The position numbers and the translations under genes are program-made. From an uncultured Candidatus Saccharibacteria bacterium (GTDB taxonomy: Bacteria > Patescibacteriota > Minisyncoccia > Phycocordibacterales > Zambryskibacteraceae), in assembly GCA_964516975.1 (NCBI GenBank), contig CAZFAS010000001.1, positions 118,500 to 182,499 on the forward strand: a stretch of 64,000 nucleotides of DNA, written 5' to 3'. A model generated the notes under the pieces. It saw nothing but the letters and a program-made list of their open reading frames with translations. It had not been told where the DNA came from and ran no database searches. Each line of letters starts with the position of its first letter. The stretch's first letter is position 1. This document shows, one piece after another, positions 28,767 to 38,245 of the stretch.

Positions 28767-29141
28767 ATGAAGACCCTGAAGGCAATCCTGTACCTGATCA
28801 CCATCATCGTTCTCGGTGCATGCGGGAATGTGTGGGAACAAGCTCGGTTTGAGCTTGTGATCATCAATCATAGCTCTGATGAGCTCATGATTACGGTCAA
28901 CGGTCGTGCCGTTGATCCCACAACGAAGGGTAATGAGACCCACCGTTACACTCCACGAGTCATCGTGGAGCAGCAGTACTACTACAACAACGGCTACTCG
29001 CCCGAGCCGCCAAAGTGTGCCACCTACATCGATGTTGTTGCGAAGAATCTTCGCAACAACGTACAGGTGCACAAGACCCTCTCAAGGGTCTGTCAGGACG
29101 AGACTCTCTCGCTCGATTTCTATTCGAACGAGTTCAAGTAG
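28767..29141 (+). CDS. putative lipoprotein
   Basis: AAGGAGG RBS, signal peptide with lipobox LGAC. Confidence 0.7.
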   Translation: MKTLKAILYLITIIVLGACGNVWEQARFELVIINHSSDELMITVNGRAVDPTTKGNETHRYTPRVIVEQQYYYNNGYSPEPPKCATYIDVVAKNLRNNVQVHKTLSRVCQDETLSLDFYSNEFK

Positions 29142-29181
29142 CCCCCGCCCCGCCCCGCAAGCTTTGCTTGCGGGGCTTCTT

Positions 29182-29442
29182 TTATATTTTTACCCCCTCC
29201 TCTCTTAAAAGTTGCAATTTTGTCTTGCCACGTAGGCTATTATACCCGCCCACTTTTCCATCAGAGCGGATCACTCTATGACATGGGACTTTTGTATCGC
29301 TATTTTTCGACAGGATAGTTCCCACTGCCCGTTGTGCATTGGGCCTTCCTGCGATCAATGCAACTTGTTTGTATGTTAATGTCTTCCCTTTTGGAATTTT
29401 CTTCACTACAGCATATACATGTTCTGCAAAAGTTTTATACAT
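29182..29442 (-). CDS. MGMT family (O6-alkylguanine DNA-binding/transferase) protein
   Basis: IPKGKTLTY..VA, RAVG, VPCHRV; start moved to 29442. Confidence 0.9.
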   Translation of the reverse strand: MYKTFAEHVYAVVKKIPKGKTLTYKQVALIAGRPNAQRAVGTILSKNSDTKVPCHRVIRSDGKVGGYNSLRGKTKLQLLREEGVKI

Positions 29443-29486
29443 AAAAAAAGTATAACAAAAGGCCAGCATTTCTGCTGGCCCACATA

Positions 29487-29858
29487 CTACTTTTTCCCTT
29501 TCTTACTGAGTTCATCTGCCCGATGATACAGCGCCTTCGCATAGGTGCGAAGCGCACGAGGATTATCGAGTATTCCCGAATTAAGCTTTCGAATATTCTT
29601 GCTGATGACAACAACCATCTTTCGAATGATCTTGTCACCCTCAAGAGAGGTGTACACATGGAAGTGCAGACTCGCAGTATCCTTACTGCGAACAAAGAAA
29701 TCTCTTCGGTCTGGTGAAACTTCCCACACCTTGATAGATTCTCGACCAATCCGAACCTTTCTCACTTGTGGCGAGAGCTGATCATCAAGTTCTCGAGCAA
29801 ACACTTCGTTCGTGTGTGCATCGAGAGGTTCCAAAAACCACAGTCTCTTTCTGCGCAT
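29487..29858 (-). CDS. hypothetical protein
   Basis: GGAGG RBS, 123 aa, terminator downstream. Confidence 0.6.
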   Translation of the reverse strand: MRRKRLWFLEPLDAHTNEVFARELDDQLSPQVRKVRIGRESIKVWEVSPDRRDFFVRSKDTASLHFHVYTSLEGDKIIRKMVVVISKNIRKLNSGILDNPRALRTYAKALYHRADELSKKGKK

Positions 29859-29932
29859 ATCTCCTCCGAACTTAAGGGTGAAGTTACGATCTAAAAATAC
29901 AATAACACATTATGTAGAATTGTAAAGTATAA

Positions 29933-30547
29933 TTACTGAATGTAACCTTTCATAGCGCGAAACACTCGGTCAGCAATAATCGCATAACCTGCATCATTTG
30001 GATGAACTTCATCTGACATATATTCTTTATGTGCAAAAAGACCATCAAGCACATCGCTCACATACACTGCTCCTGTTTCTTGTGCAAGCTTTGCATATTC
30101 ATCTTCGTAGTGGTCACTGAGGATTCCTCCACGTACACCAAGGAGCACTACCATCACCCCTCTTAATTGAAGCCTACTTATTATGTTTCTTAAATTTTGA
30201 AATGTCTGTGCCTTTGGAACCTTCTTTAAGTAGTCATTCCCACCAAAAAGCAAAATCACTGTGCCAGGACTCCGATCCAGTATATCTTGCACTCGTGATA
30301 ATCCATCTGATGATGTCTCTCCAGAGACCCCAAGGTTTATAATCGGCTTACCGAGTTTCTCTGCTAGTAGCGATACGAAACCTCTATCTTGAGTTGCACC
30401 ATATCCAACTACAAGACTATCTCCAAATGCAACGATCGTGGCATTTCTTGGTGGGTAATTTTTTATATTTTGTTTTCTTGGTATAAAAAAATATATTCCC
30501 AAAATAAGAGCAAGTACAAAAATAATTACAATATACTTTCTATTCAT
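29933..30547 (-). CDS. SGNH/GDSL arylesterase
   Basis: FGDSL, GVSGET, GGND, DEVHPN. Confidence 0.92.
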   Translation of the reverse strand: MNRKYIVIIFVLALILGIYFFIPRKQNIKNYPPRNATIVAFGDSLVVGYGATQDRGFVSLLAEKLGKPIINLGVSGETSSDGLSRVQDILDRSPGTVILLFGGNDYLKKVPKAQTFQNLRNIISRLQLRGVMVVLLGVRGGILSDHYEDEYAKLAQETGAVYVSDVLDGLFAHKEYMSDEVHPNDAGYAIIADRVFRAMKGYIQ

Positions 30548-30616
30548 ATCACAATTCTACAGTAAATTTTTGAATACAAAACAGCCCATCTGCGTAGCAG
30601 ATGGGCTGTACAATTT

Positions 30617-31390
30617 CTATACTAAAGACAAAGCGGCTTGTGCCTTGTCGATCTCTTCATAAGTACGCAAGACAGCTTCACGTGGATCCTTCGCTTGTGT
30701 AATGGGTCTTCCCACTACAATACGGTCAGCTCCAGCGAGCATTGCCTGCTCAGGTGTCATAATCCGTGACTTATCTTGATCATCACCCTCAACAATAGAC
30801 CATGCTGGCCGAATTGCAGGAGTGATAATCTCTGTGACAGTCGGAATAAGATCACGAATGAGCCTTGCTTCTTGTGCAGAACACACAAAACCAGTGAGTC
30901 CTGCCTGAGAAGCAGAAAATGCAAGATTTTGCACTGCAGTCTGAATGGTTGCATTATGAATCATCCGCGACTCTCTCTCACCAATTGCAGTGAGCACCGT
31001 CACACCAAGGACAATCGTACTTGGCAATTCATCCTTGAGCGCTTTGATTGAAGCTTGTCCAGCATTACACATCACAGTGACAAAATCTGGAGCAATTGTA
31101 TCGAGCCCCAAGAACCTTGCATCATTTCGAAGTGTCGCAGGGATATCGCACAACTTCAGATCTGCGAAGAATTTATTTCCGCCCTGCTCAACTATTGCAG
31201 ATAACTCTCGAATCATCGCATATCCGAAAAACCTGATGACAGAATTGAATTTCAAAATGACACCAGTTCCATCGAGCGATTCGATGATTCGATTTATGTC
31301 TGAAACAATCTCACCCGTACTGTTGTAATTCGATGGGTCGATGTCAATGGCGACTATGAGTCGCTCATTTGGCTCCAAGACCTTTCGCAT
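30617..31390 (-). CDS. pyrF: orotidine-5'-phosphate decarboxylase
   Basis: FADLKLCDIPAT, GVTVLT, TPAIRP, VVGRPI. Confidence 0.93.
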   Translation of the reverse strand: MRKVLEPNERLIVAIDIDPSNYNSTGEIVSDINRIIESLDGTGVILKFNSVIRFFGYAMIRELSAIVEQGGNKFFADLKLCDIPATLRNDARFLGLDTIAPDFVTVMCNAGQASIKALKDELPSTIVLGVTVLTAIGERESRMIHNATIQTAVQNLAFSASQAGLTGFVCSAQEARLIRDLIPTVTEIITPAIRPAWSIVEGDDQDKSRIMTPEQAMLAGADRIVVGRPITQAKDPREAVLRTYEEIDKAQAALSLV

Positions 31391-31405
31391 ACGCTGTCTC
31401 CTCAG

Positions 31406-32071
31406 TTAGTAGCGCGCGTTTAAGCGCTGCCAGTTGTCGTTGTGCTTCGGACGAAGCGCCTCAGAACCCTGCAAACACAGTGGGCAAATTTCACTCACCC
31501 ATGTCGGCATGGAGCGATCGATAAGAGCAATGATTTTCTTTCCGTTTACTTCAGAAAGTCCTGTCCGATTCACAAGAACGAGAACGAAAGGAAGACACTT
31601 TGCATCAAGGCCTTTTACCGCCTTCACAACAAGGTCAACGCTTCTCCCAGTAGTAAGAACATCTTCCGCAAGGAGAACATTATGTGCATCCTTGATCGAT
31701 GTCTTGTTGAAATACATGCCGCCATCTTCAGTTTTTTCTGTATATGCACGCGAGCAAGGGTATCTACGGCGTTTGCTGATACGTCTTGCGATCTCATGCA
31801 CAAGAGTGATTGCTCCCATGGCAGGTCCGACAACACAATCAACGCTATCTAAATCAAACGATTGATTTTCTAGAGCCTGGACAAGCGCCCCACATGCATC
31901 CTCAAGCAACAGTGGATCACGCATTACTTCTTCACTATTGAAGAACCCCGATGAATGCAGACCTGATCGCAATAGTGCATGTGGCCTGCTCGGATTACCG
32001 TCATGAATCCACAGTGCACCCCTTTTTTCATATGCGTCGATCCACTCGTTCTCAATGTCTTGCAAAATCAT
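31406..32071 (-). CDS. pyrE: orotate phosphoribosyltransferase
   Basis: LRSGLHS, GPAMGA, LLAEDVLTTG; adjacent to pyrF. Confidence 0.88.
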   Translation of the reverse strand: MILQDIENEWIDAYEKRGALWIHDGNPSRPHALLRSGLHSSGFFNSEEVMRDPLLLEDACGALVQALENQSFDLDSVDCVVGPAMGAITLVHEIARRISKRRRYPCSRAYTEKTEDGGMYFNKTSIKDAHNVLLAEDVLTTGRSVDLVVKAVKGLDAKCLPFVLVLVNRTGLSEVNGKKIIALIDRSMPTWVSEICPLCLQGSEALRPKHNDNWQRLNARY

Positions 32072-32208
32072 GCATCCTCCTGTGTATAGATTTGTACAAC
32101 AATGAACTGCAAACCCCGAAACACATTAGTAGAAATACCCAATTTGGTCAATATAAACAAAAACCCCGTACCATAGAAGCACGGGGCTTGATGGTACGGG
32201 GTAACGCA

Positions 32209-32427
32209 CTAACAGTTCGGTGGCGAGAGAGCGAGCTGCTTCTCGGCCAAATCAAAGCCGAGATTGTAGGAAGCACTGCGTCCGTCTTCACGGGCGCAAT
32301 ACGCTGCAGCTATGAAACGCCCTGCGTAATACTCCCGCAGGGCAATCGTGAATGCCAAACCTTTTTCAACGGTCTCGGGACACCCGTTCAGATGCCCGAC
32401 CTCTTCCTCGCAGTACTTGCACTTCAT
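32209..32427 (-). CDS. small hypothetical protein with CxxC...H..GC
   Basis: GGAG RBS, own promoter-like TTGACA, hairpin downstream. Confidence 0.5.
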   Translation of the reverse strand: MKCKYCEEEVGHLNGCPETVEKGLAFTIALREYYAGRFIAAAYCAREDGRSASYNLGFDLAEKQLALSPPNC

Positions 32428-32642
32428 GTGCGCTCCAGGTTAAAGAACTGACAATATAGTAGCATATTATATACAAAATGTCAATCTACATTATCGTGGC
32501 TAATTACACTTTATAAAATCAAGTAGATTTTTTGCTATATTTTGCTATTCTTCATTCCACATGGCCCTATCGTCTAACGGTCATGATTGGACTCTCAAGC
32601 GCTTAAGAGGGGTGAGAAGCGAACACTTGGAGCTTCGCAAGA

Positions 32643-32705
32643 CCGGAGCGCGACGGCGCGAGGTATGGTCAGGAGCAAAGTCAGCAGACTTTGACTCATG
32701 ACCGA
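32643..32705 (+). repeat. tRNA-associated repeat, copy 1
   Basis: CCGGAGCGCGACGGCGCGAGG...GAGCAAAGT.AGCA.ACTTTGACT..TGACCGA, repeated at 32884-32946. Confidence 0.75.
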
Positions 32706-32743
32706 TGAACCGGAATCGGGTTTTAATAATTTATGTTTATATT

Positions 32744-32818
32744 GGCCCTATCGTCTAACGGTTAGGACAAGGCCTTCTCAAGGCTTAAATCGGGGTTCGA
32801 TTCCCCGTAGGGTCACCA
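32744..32818 (+). tRNA. tRNA-Glu(CTC)
   Basis: GGCCCTA/TAGGGTC acceptor, AGGCC-TTCTCAA-GGCTT anticodon arm, CGGGG-TTCGATT-CCCCG T arm, ACCA end. Confidence 0.95.
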
Positions 32819-32883
32819 AATATTACGAAGTAATATGTGTGATTTTTAAACACGCTGGGAGCTTGTTTAAAAAGAATCGAAAG

Positions 32884-32977
32884 CCGGAGCGCGACGGCGC
32901 GAGGCGGGGTCGCGAGCAAAGTTAGCAAACTTTGACTTGTGACCGAAGCGTACTCGCGTTTCCCCGTAGGGTCACCA
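32884..32977 (+). repeat. tRNA-associated repeat copy 2 plus duplicated tRNA-Glu 3' end
   Basis: repeat 32884-32946, then TTCCCCGTAGGGTCACCA (32960-32977) identical to tRNA 3' end. Confidence 0.75.
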
Positions 32978-32997
32978 ATCGAAACCTTTTACATTTG

Positions 32998-33807
32998 CTA
33001 CTTCCTCCCCTTCACTATCCGAATAAAATCACGCATTGTTTGAGGGGCAAAATATCCCGGAAGATCATATGAATCTTCCCATGTATATAAAGTTTTATTA
33101 TGTGTGCCTCTCGCTGAAATATACCCCGCTTCATTTACTACCGTCATAATCTCTTTATTCATATCTCCAAAAGGATACGCAAAGCTTGTAACACGTGATC
33201 CGAGCTTTTTCTCAAGCAATTCTTTACTTCTTAAGATTTCCTCTCTCATCTCATCAGTATTCAACCTCGAAAGGAATGGGTGCGAAAGTGAGTGACTCCC
33301 AAACGACATACCTCCTGCCTTCATTTCTCGTATTTCATCCCAAGTTAGAAATCGGTAATCTTTTCCAATAGGATTTGTATATACGTAGAAAGTTGCAACT
33401 TGTCCGTACTGTTTAAGGAGTGGATATACACGTACATATTGATCCTGCCAACCGTCATCAAATGTAAGTGCAACCAATTTCTTTTCTGTAGTTGTGCCAA
33501 ATTGCAAATATTCTTCTAACTCACCCATAGTGATTGTTACATATCCATTATCACGAAGGTACCTTAGCTGTTCTTCAAATATTTCTGGTGGAACATTGTA
33601 TTGTATTTGTTCCTGCGTCTCTCCTTCACGGAGTGGATGTACCGAATGGTATACCAAAACCGGAATATCTAAAGGAAATAATTGACTTGCGGTTCGTGCA
33701 CTAGCTTTAATCTGAACTGGCAAATCAACTAAAAACGGATGCATGAGAAAAAAAGTGATTGCAAGTAATGAGCATTGTATAAGTACTGTAATCCTAGATT
33801 TATCCAT
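32998..33807 (-). CDS. polysaccharide deacetylase (NodB/CE4)
   Basis: PVLVYH, LTFDDG, SHSLSHP, FAYPFG. Confidence 0.92.
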   Translation of the reverse strand: MDKSRITVLIQCSLLAITFFLMHPFLVDLPVQIKASARTASQLFPLDIPVLVYHSVHPLREGETQEQIQYNVPPEIFEEQLRYLRDNGYVTITMGELEEYLQFGTTTEKKLVALTFDDGWQDQYVRVYPLLKQYGQVATFYVYTNPIGKDYRFLTWDEIREMKAGGMSFGSHSLSHPFLSRLNTDEMREEILRSKELLEKKLGSRVTSFAYPFGDMNKEIMTVVNEAGYISARGTHNKTLYTWEDSYDLPGYFAPQTMRDFIRIVKGRK

Positions 33808-33918
33808 GTATTTTTAGTCTAACAACTCTCTCCCAAAACATACTGTGCACATCGAATAAAATCCATGTTAGTATAAAAAATATCAGTTTCGTCAAATTAT
33901 CATCATCATTTTCACTCT

Positions 33919-34338
33919 ATGGAAAAACACATTCAGCATCCCCGTATTGAAGAGCGAGCAAAAACCGGCCCTCATCTTACAAAAGATGAACGAGTTGGTT
34001 TCAACGGAAAGCTTGCACTTTATATTACAAATGCTGTTAGTACTATGTGGTGCGCATATATCTTTGCAGCAATCGCACTTATCAGTCTTCCAAACGCTAT
34101 TCAAAGTGGCACATCAGCGATCATCACGTGGATTGCTCAAACCTTTCTCCAACTCGTTCTCCTCTCTGTCATCATGGTGGGACAAAAAGTTGCAGCTACA
34201 GCATCAGATAAGCAAGCTCTCCAAACGTACAAAGATGCTGAAGCACTTCTCAAGATTCAAGACGAAATACACAAGCTTGTAAAAATCAATAACGAGCAGA
34301 CAGAAGAAATCCACGACCTGATTGTAAATAAAAAATAA
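33919..34338 (+). CDS. DUF1003-like membrane protein
   Basis: TMWCAYIF, QTFLQLVLLSVIMVGQ. Confidence 0.65.
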   Translation: MEKHIQHPRIEERAKTGPHLTKDERVGFNGKLALYITNAVSTMWCAYIFAAIALISLPNAIQSGTSAIITWIAQTFLQLVLLSVIMVGQKVAATASDKQALQTYKDAEALLKIQDEIHKLVKINNEQTEEIHDLIVNKK

Positions 34339-34389
34339 ATAGTAATAAAAAGTGCCCCAAAAGGGCACTTTTTATTACTATCTTAAAAT

Positions 34390-34668
34390 TTATTTCTTCT
34401 TTTCTTCTTCCTGTTTTTTTCTAAGTTCCTCTGCTTCTTTTTCATGAAGCTCTCGCATTTCTACCTCAAGTTCACTAATCTCTCTTTGTATTTTCTCTTC
34501 CTCCCTTTTTGAATCGGCAATTTCTCTTTCCTTGTCCTGAGTTAATTTTTGCACTTCTTGGGTAAATTTGCCTTCAATTTTTTGCACTTCGCCTTGCACT
34601 TTCGTCAATTCGCTACGAAGCTTTGCTATCTTACCTTCGATTTCTCTAATTTTATCTGTTGCGCTCAT
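34390..34668 (-). CDS. small coiled-coil protein
   Basis: 92-aa E/K-rich ORF directly downstream of murF. Confidence 0.6.
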   Translation of the reverse strand: MSATDKIREIEGKIAKLRSELTKVQGEVQKIEGKFTQEVQKLTQDKEREIADSKREEEKIQREISELEVEMRELHEKEAEELRKKQEEEKKK

Positions 34669-34692
34669 ATTTTTTTACTATTATTTATAATG

Positions 34693-35985
34693 CTATCTCT
34701 GCTGCCATGCGCTTCCTTGCCTTACAAGCAAACTATCTTTTTTCTCAGGATGCAACATAACTTCCTCAACAGTCTTTTCCATACGAACACCTTGTGAACC
34801 CTTTATAAGTACGACATCACCTGATAGAAGTAATGACTGTAAATGCTTTCCTGCCTCTCGAGGTTTATCAAATTGAAATATATTTTCCTCACTCATCCCA
34901 CTACTAAGAGCACCCTCTGCTATACCTCGAGATCTGATACCTACCGTTATCAAAATCTCCACCACTTGTGCGGCATGTTCACCAGCTTTTTTATGTTCTG
35001 CACTTGAATACATACCAAGCTCTAGCATATCCCCAAGTACTGCAATCTTTCTCCCTTTTGCACGAATTGTTTTGAGTGCCTCAAGAGCTTCATGTAAGGC
35101 AACAGGAGAAGAGTTATATGTATCATCAATAAGTATAGTATCCTTTAATCCCTCAATAATATTCATTCTTCCAGGTGTCGGCTCATGCTTTCGAATAGTA
35201 TCAGCAACTTTCTTGAGTGTAATGCCCTGTGACACCCCTACTGCAATTGCAGCGAGAGCTGGATACATGACTTGTTTTCCAAGCCCGCCTTCGATTGTCA
35301 CTTTTTCAGTATGATCTTCAACTGTCACTTGAAAAGTTACTCCTCGTGGAACATCGCGTTCTTCATAGAGTGCATACTCGGTACCGAGCACATCAGAATT
35401 CTGCATGCCGTAATACATAATCTTCACATCTGATACGAGTGTTGCATAATTCCTCACATCCTCATCATCAGAATTAAGTATAAGTACCCCGTCACGCTTC
35501 AGAGCCTGAACAAGGTATCCTTTTTCTCGAACCACATCTTCTGGTGATGGGAAGAACTCGACATGCACTGGGACTTTTGAAAGTCTCGTTATTACAACAA
35601 CATCTGGTTTAATCCATTCTGTTATCTTTTTTATATCATATGGCCTATCAGCACCGATCTCGAGTACAAGCCAATCAGGATAATTATTTGGTATAAGTAC
35701 AAGAATAAGGCCCTCTATTATAATTTTGAGCCAAGCAAATGGATTATTCCATCCAGTAGGACAACCGAGAATCGTAAGCGGTACACCGAGTTCGCTATTA
35801 AAACTCTTCTCGCTCCTTCGAGTAAAATGAAAATGTGAGAGGGTTGAGAAAATAGCATCTTTCGTTGAAGTCTTCCCCACACTTCCAGTAACCGCAACAA
35901 TCCGCGGGTTATATTTTTTAAGAACAAGCTTTGCCTCCCAAGTAAGAATCGCCACTACAACATCTTTTAAAACCTGCTTTATCAT
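34693..35985 (-). CDS. murF: UDP-N-acetylmuramoyl-tripeptide--D-Ala-D-Ala ligase
   Basis: TGSVGKTSTK, DDTYNSSP, LGDMLELG, KGSQ. Confidence 0.93.
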   Translation of the reverse strand: MIKQVLKDVVVAILTWEAKLVLKKYNPRIVAVTGSVGKTSTKDAIFSTLSHFHFTRRSEKSFNSELGVPLTILGCPTGWNNPFAWLKIIIEGLILVLIPNNYPDWLVLEIGADRPYDIKKITEWIKPDVVVITRLSKVPVHVEFFPSPEDVVREKGYLVQALKRDGVLILNSDDEDVRNYATLVSDVKIMYYGMQNSDVLGTEYALYEERDVPRGVTFQVTVEDHTEKVTIEGGLGKQVMYPALAAIAVGVSQGITLKKVADTIRKHEPTPGRMNIIEGLKDTILIDDTYNSSPVALHEALEALKTIRAKGRKIAVLGDMLELGMYSSAEHKKAGEHAAQVVEILITVGIRSRGIAEGALSSGMSEENIFQFDKPREAGKHLQSLLLSGDVVLIKGSQGVRMEKTVEEVMLHPEKKDSLLVRQGSAWQQR

Positions 35986-36021
35986 ATTTTTATTATTAGT
36001 TATCTATCCGGCGGTATTTGG

Positions 36022-36119
36022 CCCCAAACAAATTATATATACTTTACTATTGCTGAGATACTATCTTCATTCTATCCTATTTTCGATGTATCACAATTTT
36101 CCCAGTAATTTGTAAGGGG
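36022..36119. mobile_element. MITE-like 98-bp insert with imperfect terminal inverted repeats
   Basis: CCCCAAACAAATTA ... TAATTTGTAAGGGG (12/14), next to a duplicate of the ftsI 3' end. Confidence 0.5.
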
Positions 36120-36130
36120 TAAATAATAGT

Positions 36131-37837
36131 CTATCTATCTGGTGGTATCTGGTAGTAATTAATAAGAAACTTTGCGATATCCATAAATGGATCAGTAAGT
36201 GTCTCAGAAGCATATTTTACATTCTTTGGATAATAGGTATAGAGAAATACTATAAATTGAGGTTTGTATGCGGGGAAATAACCAAAGAAAGAGTGCAGAT
36301 ATCTATCTTCATAGTACCCGCCCCCACTTCCCTTTGAAATCTGAGCCGTACCTGTCTTAGCAGCAATACTATAATGCTCCTGCTTTACCTCTCCGTGACG
36401 AAGTGCTGTGTCTACAACACCCACAAGCATGCGTGTAATTGTTTCAGAAGTTTCTTTTTTGAGGACCTGCTTATCTGGGCCGAAGCTCATCGTCTTATAT
36501 CCACCGATTTTATAATTTATCCTTGTTGCGATATGTGGAGTTACGAGCTTTCCTCCGTTACCCAAAGTTGCGAGCGCTCGAATAGTCTCCACAGGGGTAA
36601 GAGCTATACCTTGCCCGAATGAAGCGGTTGCATATTCAATATCTCGAGGACTATTGAGGTTCGCTACAAGTCCGTGCGTTTCATTAGGAAGATCAATACC
36701 TGTTTCTTCACCAAGTCCATAATCAAGCATATATTTTGCAAAATTCTTCGTACCCATCTTAAGAGCTACGTATGCAGCGCCTGTGTTCAGTGATTGATTG
36801 AGTACTTCCTGCATACTTACTTGACCTCTACCCTTTCCATCAAAGTTCGAAAGTGTGCTTTTATTGAGTGTTAACTTACCCGCATCATAATATGTTGACT
36901 CTGGTGTAACTGCTCCAGCATCGATACCCGCTGCCATTGTGAGAGGTTTTACGATAGAACCCATTTCATATACATTTTCTACAAATTTATTTGAGAACAC
37001 TGAGGAATTTTTTTCTTCTTGAAGATTATTTGGATCAAATGTTGGGTCAAGTGCTATAGAATATATTTCCCCATTCGATGGATTCATCACGATTGCTCCA
37101 GTATATTCTGAATGATACTGCTCGTTTACTTTTTTGAGTTCCTGCTCTACATATGCTTGCACAGATGGCTCGATCGATGTTACGACGTCACCCTCAAGTT
37201 TGTTCCCTTCTATACCCTGCTTTAAATTTGAAAACACTTCTGCAAAAAAGTTTACAAAAACACTTTCGTTGTTTCTTCCAAGTACATCTTCATAATACCT
37301 TTCAAGCCCATACCTTCCCGCCAATTCATCACCCTTATAGGCAATGAACCCGAGTGTATGAGCCGCCATCGTATTGCCTGGATAGTATCTCCATCTTTGT
37401 TTATATGCAGTAATACCAGCAATCTTTTGCTTACTAATCTGATCAGCATCTGAAGCTGAGATCTTTTTTGCAACTTCTATATAGGTAGTATTTTTGTTTT
37501 CAATTTTCTTAAAGTATTCATCTTTATCAATAGATACAGCAGAACTAAGTGCTGCATAAGTCGCTTGCGGATCACTGATAAGTTTTGGATTTGCAGCAAT
37601 AATAAAACCATTTTTCAGTGTTGCCGCAGAGACAAGATCACCATCCTTAGTAGTAAAATAAATTAAACCACGATTGAAATAATCATACGTTGACTGTAAA
37701 TATTGTCTATCTGCTTTTGATTCAAAATCTTTTCGAGACACAATCTGCACCATGTAGAGCTTTCCAATAAGCAAAAAAGCAAATAGTAAAATTACTATCG
37801 AGAAAAGTCGTATCCTCGAAGAAGAATTCTTTGCCAT
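36131..37837 (-). CDS. ftsI: class B penicillin-binding protein FtsI
   Basis: EMGSIVK, SLN, KTGTAQ; position in mraZ-rsmH-ftsL cluster. Confidence 0.9.
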   Translation of the reverse strand: MAKNSSSRIRLFSIVILLFAFLLIGKLYMVQIVSRKDFESKADRQYLQSTYDYFNRGLIYFTTKDGDLVSAATLKNGFIIAANPKLISDPQATYAALSSAVSIDKDEYFKKIENKNTTYIEVAKKISASDADQISKQKIAGITAYKQRWRYYPGNTMAAHTLGFIAYKGDELAGRYGLERYYEDVLGRNNESVFVNFFAEVFSNLKQGIEGNKLEGDVVTSIEPSVQAYVEQELKKVNEQYHSEYTGAIVMNPSNGEIYSIALDPTFDPNNLQEEKNSSVFSNKFVENVYEMGSIVKPLTMAAGIDAGAVTPESTYYDAGKLTLNKSTLSNFDGKGRGQVSMQEVLNQSLNTGAAYVALKMGTKNFAKYMLDYGLGEETGIDLPNETHGLVANLNSPRDIEYATASFGQGIALTPVETIRALATLGNGGKLVTPHIATRINYKIGGYKTMSFGPDKQVLKKETSETITRMLVGVVDTALRHGEVKQEHYSIAAKTGTAQISKGSGGGYYEDRYLHSFFGYFPAYKPQFIVFLYTYYPKNVKYASETLTDPFMDIAKFLINYYQIPPDR

Positions 37838-37894
37838 GTATGAATAGTGTACCCTGTTTACACAAAGTACGAAAGACTAAAAAATATAAAAATA

Positions 37895-38233
37895 CTACCT
37901 AACTTCGAATGCACTATCAGATGCTGGTATCTCAAGCATTGCAACTGAAGTTTTACGAGATACATATTTTGTATCTGACGTTGGAACAAATCCAAGCTTA
38001 AGCGCGTAATCTAATGTAATACTATTTTTTTGTTGTATATATTGAAATTCAAGATCACTAATATGTGAAGAAACCTTAGCGAGCTCAGTCTCGATAGCTT
38101 GGCGCTTCACTATATTACGTACTGTAAGATTTACAGAAAAAATGTATACAAAAATAGACAAAAGACATAGAGCACTCATTACCGTCATCGTGAGCTTTGG
38201 ATTCTGGAATAGTATTGCTTTTGCTTTCGTCAT
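37895..38233 (-). CDS. ftsL: FtsL-like cell division protein
   Basis: single TM, coiled coil, A.KLGF motif, between rsmH and ftsI. Confidence 0.65.
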   Translation of the reverse strand: MTKAKAILFQNPKLTMTVMSALCLLSIFVYIFSVNLTVRNIVKRQAIETELAKVSSHISDLEFQYIQQKNSITLDYALKLGFVPTSDTKYVSRKTSVAMLEIPASDSAFEVR

Positions 38234-38245
38234 TATTTTGTAAAA

